From assembly GCA_017632115.1 (NCBI GenBank), contig JAGBRY010000113.1, forward strand, positions 1 through 48,081: a stretch of DNA of 48,081 nucleotides, in the 5' to 3' direction. Below are positions 1 through 7,945 of the stretch, piece after piece. The notes below the pieces were generated by a model that had not been told where the DNA came from, did not search any database, and saw only the letters and a list, made by a program, of their open reading frames with translations. This DNA comes from Alistipes sp. (GTDB lineage Bacteria > Bacteroidota > Bacteroidia > Bacteroidales > Rikenellaceae). How positions within the stretch are numbered: position 1 is the stretch's first letter; the number at the start of each line of letters is the position of its first letter. Made by a program: the position numbers and the translations under genes.

Positions 1-82
1 AAAAAAATCACTAATTCTCAAACCTTATCACAAACGCCCCTCTATACTATATATGAATGTTTAATTCTAAAAAATAAAGACA

Positions 83-439
83 ATGCAAGAAAAAACTTTA
101 TCATTTGAGCAGATGCCAGAGCTCATGCAAAATCTGGTAGAGAGAATCGAAGCACTCGAAAAGACAGTTCGCGAGAAGCAACAGCCACAGCCACTTGAAG
201 GAGAGCTGATGAGCGTAGAGGATGTTTGTAAACTACTTGGTAAATCAAAATCTGCGGTGTACCGAACGGTGAGGTGTCACGACATCCCGTTTATCCGCCA
301 GGGTAACAGGTTGTATTTCGATCGACCTACCATCAAGAAGTGGCTCGAGAAGAAACAAAATATCGAGTGCATCACCAATATGGAAGAGTTTGAAAAGTTT
401 ATGACTCCCGACCCGTGGCGCTACCGAAATCGACGCTAG
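83..439 (+). CDS. Excisionase-like helix-turn-helix protein (HTH_17 type)
   Basis: 118 aa. N-terminal LSFEQMP..coiled coil, then LMSVEDVCKLLGKSKSAVY...IPFIRQGNRLYF...IKKWL, typical of Bacteroidetes integrative-element Xis-like proteins. Confidence 0.85.
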   Translation: MQEKTLSFEQMPELMQNLVERIEALEKTVREKQQPQPLEGELMSVEDVCKLLGKSKSAVYRTVRCHDIPFIRQGNRLYFDRPTIKKWLEKKQNIECITNMEEFEKFMTPDPWRYRNRR

Positions 440-470
440 TGAAGTGGTATGATGAATTAGACAAAGATTG

Positions 471-500
471 AAAAGGCGGATTTAGTCCGCCTTTTTCTTT
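471..500. terminator. Bidirectional intrinsic terminator between the xis-like gene and mcrC
   Basis: AAAAGGCGGA (471-480) / TCCGCCTTTT (486-495), perfect 10-bp stem with A/T tracts on both sides, between convergent genes. Confidence 0.8.
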
Positions 501-1549
501 TGGATATTGTTAGCTGAGTCACTCGTCCATTCAGTAATTATATCATCCAATTGTTTAGCAATAGCCTCAAACGGAAGATTCAAATCTAATGTCATAACTT
601 TAAACGAGTTACCATTTAGTTTGTATTCGTTATTTGGAGTTACATCTTCATCTGTTTTAGCATATAATAGCAATCCCGAGACATTCCCACTTTGGTGCGG
701 ATCCAAATTCTTTACATATGTGTAGATTTGGTACATATTGTTGGAGTGCATGGTTCTCTTGTCGTATTGTCCAGACTGCATTGAATGGGAATAATATTTA
801 GCATCAATCACTAAAATTTTATCCCCATATTTAATAGTGACATCAGTCTTCATTGTAGGCAAGAAGTCAATCATACCATCATCGGAATCCCACGGGATAT
901 GTGATGCTGACACATTAAATGCTGGATAGTGACGTTTGTAATACTCTAAAATAAATCGTTCATACAAACGGTGCATCTTTTGGTCATCAATTATGTTTGC
1001 TATTTTCATTGAGCCTTTATTTTCAGACTGCAATAGGCCTGTCACAAGTAAATAGCATATATGTACAAGCATTTTATATGATGCGTTATTTCTGTCATAT
1101 CTAATCTTTAACCACAGAATAGTTTTAGGATTGATGTCAGAAATATTCTGGAAATTTAATAGACTTTTTCGCAGACTCTTCTTAATAGTAGAATCCACTT
1201 CATTTGAGCTGATGGCAACCTTGATAGAAGCTTTAATTATTTGATTAAGAAGAATATCTGATTTAAATTCCTCATATTCGCAGACAAGACGATGTGTAAC
1301 AACATACTGGCTTTTTATTGATTCAGCAATATTGATTTTACCAATTGGGGATCCGGTTGACTCTACAATTGGGATATAGTCATTTCTTATACCTCGTTTA
1401 ATCAATTGCGTTACACCCTTGTCAAGGATTGCAGAAAGAAGATTGGCTGTATTTTCAAATTGTTCTGGAGAGATATTCGCATAACCTCGCTCGCTTAACA
1501 CCCTAAAAGCGTAAGCGAGCATATAGTATATGTTTTTAATGAATATCAT
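482..1549 (-). CDS. mcrC: McrC-family PD-(D/E)xK restriction endonuclease subunit
   Basis: N-terminal IKNIYYMLAYAF, MHRLYERFILEYY, MKTDV..VIDAKYY and NMYQIYTY motifs; lies directly downstream of mcrB. Confidence 0.93.
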   Translation of the reverse strand: MIFIKNIYYMLAYAFRVLSERGYANISPEQFENTANLLSAILDKGVTQLIKRGIRNDYIPIVESTGSPIGKINIAESIKSQYVVTHRLVCEYEEFKSDILLNQIIKASIKVAISSNEVDSTIKKSLRKSLLNFQNISDINPKTILWLKIRYDRNNASYKMLVHICYLLVTGLLQSENKGSMKIANIIDDQKMHRLYERFILEYYKRHYPAFNVSASHIPWDSDDGMIDFLPTMKTDVTIKYGDKILVIDAKYYSHSMQSGQYDKRTMHSNNMYQIYTYVKNLDPHQSGNVSGLLLYAKTDEDVTPNNEYKLNGNSFKVMTLDLNLPFEAIAKQLDDIITEWTSDSANNIQKKKAD

Positions 1550-1552
1550 TTG

Positions 1553-3397
1553 CTAATCCAATACCGACAAAAGTATCTGCGACCATTTCTTAACTTCCGA
1601 AGAAACATCATACCAATATTCCTCCAATAGTGGAATAATCTCATATTGCACAATCGCTTTTAGTGCCTCATCAGATAGCCTATCATCAGCGCACAAATAG
1701 CTGTGTCCTATCATAAAACCTTTTCCTAAATTATCATCATTCTCGATTGCCTTATTTAATTCTTCTATTTTAGCAACCAATAATTTACCCTTAGGTGTAG
1801 CTATCTTTTCGAAATGATCTTTAAATGATTTCAGCCCAAATGCTGGTTCCATTGAGAAGAAACTAAATCTTCTACGGAGAGCATAATCAATCATTGCAAG
1901 ACTACGATCGGCTGTATTCATCATTCCAATGATATATACATTATCAGGTACTTTAAACAATTCTTTAGTATAGAGCAATGTTGCTGATTCCTCTCGCTTT
2001 GATGCTTCTGTCAACATTAATAATTCTCCGAAAATTCGGCTCAAATTTCCACGATTAATTTCATCTATGATAAAGAAGTGTTTACCATCATTAGCCTCTG
2101 CCTCTTTACAGAAATCATAGAAAGGGCCTGGTTTGATAGTGAAGCCTGTTTCAGTCGGTTTGTATCCGAGTACAAAGTCTTCATATGCATAACTTTGGTG
2201 GAATTGAACAAACTTCACTTTAGAATCATCCTTGCAACCAAGCATAGAGTAGGCCAACCTTTTGGCGGCAAATGTCTTACCCACACCGGGAGCTCCTTGA
2301 AGAATGATGTTTTTCTTCCTTTCAAGTAGCTCAATAATAGCATTATATTGCTCTTCCTTTATAAATACTTCTGACAAGAAGTCCTCCTTTGTATATTTGG
2401 GATATTCTACTGTTTTAGTAGCGGTAGCTTCATAAGTAGAGAATGAGTCGGATACTATTCCTTCTTCATGACCTTCCTCAATAGACGTTTCGTATGTGAT
2501 TGGTCCTGGACTATTGATTGCCTCTCCATATTCAACATCTATTTCTACATATCTTTTGGTGGCGCCTTTAATCCGCTGCATAACAACAGGCCCAACAAGA
2601 TTGGTTAAGTCTGTCTCTATATTAGGATCCAACTCCAACATTGCTCTCATTAAAGCGACAGCCTTGCGCTCTTCAATTTGAGAAAGCGCTTGGTTAGGCT
2701 CCCATTTTGTAATAGGACCAATGCCAATAATGTTAAATGTGTTTTTATATGACACAAGATCTGCTCGCTTAATAGCTTTATTAAGCAATAATTTTATGTC
2801 TATACCTATCCTAAAATTACTTTTATCGTAACCAATATCAAATGGCTCCCTGGTTATTACACCCATACCAACCAAGCCTTTGTCCCACTTAGTCTTGTCT
2901 CCGCCAAGAACAATAAAAACAATTTGTCCATATTTTAGCTTGTCCTGCAATATATTAATACCACTAATTACTATATCAGATCCCTTTTCAAGAATCTTTG
3001 AAACAGTTTCAACATCACTTGTTCTAATACTGAAGTATGGAGCACTCATTGCTTTAATTTGCTTGATAATATCATTAGCAATTTTTTCTAAATCATCTTT
3101 AGATAAATCTTTATACTTCTCGTATGTTGTATAACAAATAGGACGGCGAAGCTCTAATGTATGTCCCTCCTTGTGCCATCCCATTCTCCCATTGTCATAC
3201 TTGGCATCGTACGCATCTTTCCGATTCTTTAAGGTATTGTAGCTCTTACCATAAAAACCTGCAACAAGCTCGAGATTTGTAGCATGTGATTTATAACGAG
3301 GGTCATTACTATGTAATTGGGCATAGTACATACACACGAGATTAATGATGTCATTTATCTCATTGGGTTCAGTAGTTGCAACATTAATATTATCCAT
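1553..3397 (-). CDS. mcrB: McrB-family AAA+ GTPase with a non-canonical N-terminal DNA-recognition region
   Basis: Walker A GAPGVGKT, VQFHQSYAYEDF, Walker B FIIDEINRG, McrB signature MNTADRS, ALRRRF, IGHSY. Confidence 0.93.
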   Translation of the reverse strand: MDNINVATTEPNEINDIINLVCMYYAQLHSNDPRYKSHATNLELVAGFYGKSYNTLKNRKDAYDAKYDNGRMGWHKEGHTLELRRPICYTTYEKYKDLSKDDLEKIANDIIKQIKAMSAPYFSIRTSDVETVSKILEKGSDIVISGINILQDKLKYGQIVFIVLGGDKTKWDKGLVGMGVITREPFDIGYDKSNFRIGIDIKLLLNKAIKRADLVSYKNTFNIIGIGPITKWEPNQALSQIEERKAVALMRAMLELDPNIETDLTNLVGPVVMQRIKGATKRYVEIDVEYGEAINSPGPITYETSIEEGHEEGIVSDSFSTYEATATKTVEYPKYTKEDFLSEVFIKEEQYNAIIELLERKKNIILQGAPGVGKTFAAKRLAYSMLGCKDDSKVKFVQFHQSYAYEDFVLGYKPTETGFTIKPGPFYDFCKEAEANDGKHFFIIDEINRGNLSRIFGELLMLTEASKREESATLLYTKELFKVPDNVYIIGMMNTADRSLAMIDYALRRRFSFFSMEPAFGLKSFKDHFEKIATPKGKLLVAKIEELNKAIENDDNLGKGFMIGHSYLCADDRLSDEALKAIVQYEIIPLLEEYWYDVSSEVKKWSQILLSVLD

Positions 3398-3422
3398 AAA
3401 TAAAATATCTTACGAAGTCTAA

Positions 3423-3512
3423 CAAAGATAGTTTATTTTTTCGTAAATACACATTATTTTAATAATTTATATCAGACGACATTCCAAAATCAGGGATTTT
3501 GTCGTATATTTG
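3423..3512. promoter_or_regulatory. Divergent Bacteroidetes sigma-A promoters for mcrBC (-) and MTase-REase (+)
   Basis: CAAAGATA at 3423-3430 (TATCTTTG on the minus strand) and TATATTTG at 3505-3512 match the TAnnTTTG -7 element. Confidence 0.65.
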
Positions 3513-3537
3513 CACATTAACTATGAAGGAACGCACT

Positions 3538-4590
3538 ATGATTTTTAAACTTGGAGAGCTGTTTTGTGGACCCGGAGGTATTGCCGTAGGTGCTACAAAT
3601 GCAAGAATTGAAGATGACGCATATGGTATAGTCCATCAGTGGGCTAACGATTATGATGCTAACACTTGTGCAACATATCGTAAAAATATTTGTCCTTCGG
3701 CTCCCGGCACAGTCTATCACGAAGATGTGCGTAAGTTTGACATGAGTAAACTTGCGCCAATTGACGCTTTGGCTTTTGGTTTCCCTTGCAACGATTATAG
3801 TGTTGTTGGAGAACAGAAAGGCATGGATGGCGTTTATGGTCCATTATATTCATATGGCGTAAAAGCATTAAAAAAGTTCAAGCCGATGTGGTTCCTTGCT
3901 GAGAATGTAGGTGGATTGAAAAATGCTAACGACGGTAAGGCTTTCACAAAGATTCTTGCAGAATTACGAAGTGCTGGTTATAGAATAACACCGCATCTAT
4001 ACAAGTTTGAGGAGTATGGTGTACCTCAAGCTAGACATCGTATTATAATCGTTGGTATAAGAAATGATCTGCAAGTAGAGTTCCGTGTTCCTTCTACTGC
4101 ACCATACAAAGCCATTGACAACTCTTGTAGAACAGCTATTGAGAGTCCAGCAATCCCCAAGGATGCTACAAACAATGAACTAACAAAACAGTCGGCAATT
4201 GTTGTTGAGAGATTGAAGTACATTAAACCAGGAGAAAATGCATTTACCGCGAATCTCCCCAAAGAGCTTCAATTGAATGTAAAGGGAGCCAAAATAAGCC
4301 AGATATACAAACGACTGGACCCCAATAAACCGGCATATACCGTAACTGGAAGTGGTGGTGGTGGAACGCACATTTACCATTGGGCTGAGCCTCGCGCTTT
4401 GACTAATAGAGAACGTGCTCGTTTACAAACATTCCCAGACTCATTTGAATTTGTCGGAAGTAAAGAGAGTGTTAGAAAGCAAATTGGAATGGCTGTTCCA
4501 TGCAAAGGTGCACAAATCATATTTGAAGCAATACTAAAAACATTTGCGGGTATCGAATATGATAGCATAGAACCCAACATATATGAGTAA
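3538..4590 (+). CDS. DNA (cytosine-5)-methyltransferase
   Basis: Motif I LFCGPGG, catalytic motif IV GFPCNDYS, motif VI ENV, motif VIII QARHR, motif IX RERARLQTFP, motif X QIGMAVP. ATG 3538 chosen (3523 possible) because the -7 box at 3505-3512 lies downstream of the TTG at 3499. Confidence 0.95.
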   Translation: MIFKLGELFCGPGGIAVGATNARIEDDAYGIVHQWANDYDANTCATYRKNICPSAPGTVYHEDVRKFDMSKLAPIDALAFGFPCNDYSVVGEQKGMDGVYGPLYSYGVKALKKFKPMWFLAENVGGLKNANDGKAFTKILAELRSAGYRITPHLYKFEEYGVPQARHRIIIVGIRNDLQVEFRVPSTAPYKAIDNSCRTAIESPAIPKDATNNELTKQSAIVVERLKYIKPGENAFTANLPKELQLNVKGAKISQIYKRLDPNKPAYTVTGSGGGGTHIYHWAEPRALTNRERARLQTFPDSFEFVGSKESVRKQIGMAVPCKGAQIIFEAILKTFAGIEYDSIEPNIYE

Positions 4591-5554
4591 TTTTGATAGA
4601 TATCAGATTAACGAGGAGCTAATATGTAAAGTTTTATTAGATCCTATTCGTAGAGGTGCGAATAAACTCATCATCATATCTGGATATGTCAGCCACAATA
4701 TGGCATCATGGCATATGAAGAGAATAAATGAGGAATCGCTACCTCCTGTCAAAATATCTCTTATTGCAGGAATGTATCCTATAGAAGGTGTTAATGTCGA
4801 TCTCCATGAAGGCCTAAAAGATTTGGTAAACTTTAGAGATGATCGTTACTCGTCCTTTGAATGCAAATACATATATCAAGGAGCCCCTGTACACTCTAAG
4901 GTATATTTGTGGATGAAAGATGATGAACCATTTATTGCTTTTGCGGGCTCTGCAAACTACACAAGAAATGGATTTGGTAAACTACAAAGAGAATATGTAG
5001 TAGAGTGTGATCCAATTGAGGCTTATGCTTTTTATCAAGACATTGAATCTGATTCTATTGTTTGCAATCATAGTGAAGTTGAAGAATATATCAAGTTCTA
5101 TAAGAATCAAAAGATTTCTCAGGTTGAACACGATATTAAGCATTCTACATTAGAGAAGGTCACTTTGTCATTATTGACGAGTCGCGGAGATGTTGGTCAC
5201 GGCTCTGGAATCAATTGGGGCATTCGAAGAAATGGGACAAAACGAGAGCCTAATCAAGCCTACATCTCTGTCCCAGTTGAAATTGCAAGAAGTGGATTTT
5301 TCCCGTTGGATAAAACACACTTTTCGGCTATCACGGACGATCAAAAGCAACTCATCCTCAGAATAGAACAGGCCAACGACAAAGCTCTAACAACTCCTCT
5401 AAATAATTCTTTATTGGGTGAGTATCTCCGCAATAGGATAGGAGTTGCAAATGGTGCATTTGTTACAAAAGAAGATTTAGAACGATACGGTCGTACTGAT
5501 GTAACATTCTATAAAATAGACGACGAACAGTTCTTCATGGACTTTTCAGTATAG
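4583..5554 (+). CDS. NgoFVII-family restriction endonuclease (PLD nuclease domain plus C-terminal B3-like DNA-binding domain)
   Basis: HxK motif VHSKVY followed by AGSANYT; C-terminal SGINWG...EPNQAYI...LGEYLRNRIG...DLERYGRTDVTF. Overlaps the MTase stop by 8 nt. Confidence 0.85.
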   Translation: MSNFDRYQINEELICKVLLDPIRRGANKLIIISGYVSHNMASWHMKRINEESLPPVKISLIAGMYPIEGVNVDLHEGLKDLVNFRDDRYSSFECKYIYQGAPVHSKVYLWMKDDEPFIAFAGSANYTRNGFGKLQREYVVECDPIEAYAFYQDIESDSIVCNHSEVEEYIKFYKNQKISQVEHDIKHSTLEKVTLSLLTSRGDVGHGSGINWGIRRNGTKREPNQAYISVPVEIARSGFFPLDKTHFSAITDDQKQLILRIEQANDKALTTPLNNSLLGEYLRNRIGVANGAFVTKEDLERYGRTDVTFYKIDDEQFFMDFSV

Positions 5555-5727
5555 TTTTATAACAGCTTCAAGTGCATATTCACAAAACCAATGATATTAG
5601 GTGTAAATAAGACATAAAAACGAGAGTCTATATATGTTTAGGTCAATAATGGTAGTGTTACCCTCTCTTGTTTGGTTGATATCAATGGTATAGGTTATGT
5701 AAGATAAAGTAAAAAAATATAATAACT

Positions 5728-6822
5728 ATGATAGAGCAGGTAATTATATCCAACTACAAGTCTATTAAGAGTTTAGTATTGCCCCTGCAAAAACTAAACA
5801 TCTTAATAGGATCTAATGGTGTAGGAAAGAGCAATCTTATATCTTTCTTTGAACTGGCAAAAGCTATCATTGAGCAAAGATTTGGAAGCTATACACTCAC
5901 TAAGGGCGGTATAGATAATTTGTTATATAGAAGTCGCAAAGAGTCAGACTGCATAAAAGGCTTGCTGGACTTTGACAATACAAATGCTTTCTTCTTTGAA
6001 TTGCGGCCAACTCAATCAAATAAGGGTTATATAGAAAAGTCTGGCGATTATTTCAATAAGGATCATTGCAAAACTAAGGACTATACATTGTGGCATAATA
6101 CCAAGTGGGATTCAGCTGTAGAAGAATCTTGTCTGCTAGATAACCCACAGTGGAGAGCTGGTTATATCAGAAAGCATTTTAAAAGTTTTACTGTGTATCA
6201 TTTCCATGATACAAGTTCGAATTCTCCTATGCGTGGAGAGTGCAATATTAACGACAATGAGTCTTTACGCGATAATGGCTCTAACCTTGCGGCATATTTA
6301 TATCGCTTACAACAGACGGATGAAAAGGCTTTTAAATTAATAGAAGGCGTAATTCGTTCTATTGCTCCATACTTTAAGCAATTTAAATTAAGGCCACAGC
6401 CAACAAATCCAGATAAGATTACGCTTGAGTGGGAGGAGAAAGACACCGATATGTATCTGAATGGATATAGTTTTTCAGATGGCACATTACGCTTTATTGC
6501 TTTGGCTACACTTCTATTGCAAACTAATGCACCACAAGTAATTATCATTGATGAGCCAGAGTTAGGTTTGCACCCTGCAGCTATCAATAAGTTTGCTGAA
6601 ATGATTAAACGAGCATCTATTAATAGCCAGATTATACTATCAACACAGTCCACCAATCTTGTAAATAACTTTGAGCCGGAAGATATTATTGTTGTTGATA
6701 GAAAAGATGGACAGTCGTCCTTTAAGAGACTGAAAAAAGATGACTTAAAGATATGGCTTGATGATTACGAGTATTCATTGAGTGAAGTATGGGAGAAAAA
6801 TATAATAGGAGGACAATTATGA
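5728..6822 (+). CDS. ABC/OLD-type ATPase (AAA_21-like)
   Basis: ISNYKSI, Walker A GSNGVGKSN, signature FSDGTLR, Walker B/D-loop IIIDEPELGLHP, switch STQS; no transmembrane segments. Confidence 0.9.
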   Translation: MIEQVIISNYKSIKSLVLPLQKLNILIGSNGVGKSNLISFFELAKAIIEQRFGSYTLTKGGIDNLLYRSRKESDCIKGLLDFDNTNAFFFELRPTQSNKGYIEKSGDYFNKDHCKTKDYTLWHNTKWDSAVEESCLLDNPQWRAGYIRKHFKSFTVYHFHDTSSNSPMRGECNINDNESLRDNGSNLAAYLYRLQQTDEKAFKLIEGVIRSIAPYFKQFKLRPQPTNPDKITLEWEEKDTDMYLNGYSFSDGTLRFIALATLLLQTNAPQVIIIDEPELGLHPAAINKFAEMIKRASINSQIILSTQSTNLVNNFEPEDIIVVDRKDGQSSFKRLKKDDLKIWLDDYEYSLSEVWEKNIIGGQL

Positions 6823-7475
6823 AGCGATTATTTATAGTTGTAGAAGGACCAACTGAACAAGACTTTGTTCGAGAAATTTTATCCCCATATTTTTACTCTC
6901 ATGGTATATATGACGTAAGGCCTATTCTTATTCACACAAGCAAAACTGGGAAAGGCGGTTTTGTAAATTACGATCATCTTCGTAATACCATTAAGCCATT
7001 GTTAAAGTCGGAGGGGAATAATATTGTGGTGACAACTTTAGTAGACTTCTTTAGAATCCCTACTAACACACCTAATTACAATCAATGCATACAGGCTGGA
7101 GGAAGTGTGGCCAAAGTCGCAGAATTAGAACGATGTATAGCTGAGGACATTAACGACATAAAGTTTGTTCCTTATATTCAATTGCATGAATTTGAAGCTT
7201 TGCTCTTTTCTAATAACAAAGGTTTTGAAGAGTATTTTACCGAAGAGCAATCAGCGCAAACAGGTGCAATTGTAGAGGAATTTGATAATCCAGAAGATAT
7301 AAATACTCGACCTCAGTATGCTCCATCAAAGCGCATATTAGGAATAAAGAAGGAATACAACAAACCTATTGAAGGAAACCTAATTGCGATTACAGTAGGA
7401 ATTAATATCATGTTAGAGCGTTGCCCTCGTTTTGCCTCATGGGTAACTAATATCGTTCATCGATGCCAACAATAG
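6819..7475 (+). CDS. DUF4276-like TOPRIM-fold protein (putative nuclease effector)
   Basis: IVVEGPTEQDFV, TTLVDFF, YIQLHEFEALLFS, NPEDIN..APSKRI, CPRFASW. ATGA overlap with the ATPase stop at 6819-6822 indicates translational coupling. Confidence 0.82.
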   Translation: MKRLFIVVEGPTEQDFVREILSPYFYSHGIYDVRPILIHTSKTGKGGFVNYDHLRNTIKPLLKSEGNNIVVTTLVDFFRIPTNTPNYNQCIQAGGSVAKVAELERCIAEDINDIKFVPYIQLHEFEALLFSNNKGFEEYFTEEQSAQTGAIVEEFDNPEDINTRPQYAPSKRILGIKKEYNKPIEGNLIAITVGINIMLERCPRFASWVTNIVHRCQQ

Positions 7476-7531
7476 AACATTACAATCTCCCTTAATAATA
7501 AATGTTAACAGTATTTTGTCAATATTCAAAT

Positions 7532-7880
7532 TAAAAGAACTTTTTTCGAAGTGCCACTTCGAGAATTTCAAAGTGCCAAAATGGCACTTTGAAATGGCAC
7601 TAAATAAAGTTAAGCAACTCGTGAGTGAACCTCGCGAGTTGTTCTTTTATAGCCTCCTTCGAAGTGGTTAGCCACACTAACCAGTTGGCAGGGAAATAGT
7701 CAGTTGCTTAGTCTCGCTAACCGACTACTAATTTTATCAAGTTGACTACAAATTGTAGTCAACTGCATTCCCCAAAATCAGTTGTATTCAACCTGCATAC
7801 AACTTAACATTCTACAATAGAAAGTGGACATTCACAACCCCCAAAAACCATATTGAACATAAGCGAAATGGTCTTTGGGG
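7532..7880. repeat. Array of about 8 non-identical palindromes/hairpins
   Basis: Examples: TCGAAGTG-C-CACTTCGA (7546-7562), ATTTCAAAGTGCCA-AAA-TGGCACTTTGAAAT (7565-7595), AGTTGACTACAA-A-TTGTAGTCAACT (7740-7764), AGTTGTAT-N9-ATACAACT (7780-7804). See findings. Confidence 0.85.
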
Positions 7881-7931
7881 CTATGTTATTATTTATCTAT
7901 AATTTAACTCGTATTTTCTATGAAAAATTAC

Positions 7932-7939
7932 TATCTTTG
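7932..7939 (+). promoter_or_regulatory. Outward-facing -7 promoter element at the island end
   Basis: TATCTTTG with an AT-rich upstream region; no credible ORF downstream. Confidence 0.55.
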
Positions 7940-7945
7940 TATCAG

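Noticed and set aside
2680-5265. Shared peptide EPNQA in the McrB N-terminus and the PLD endonuclease
   Set aside because: Only five residues with unrelated flanks; most likely chance.
7532-7880. CRISPR array or integron attC array
   Set aside because: No repeated identical unit with unique spacers, no cas or integron integrase gene, and no cassette ORFs between the hairpins.
7476-7930. Retron msr-msd
   Set aside because: No reverse transcriptase in the window and no clear long a1/a2 inverted repeat with a branching G.
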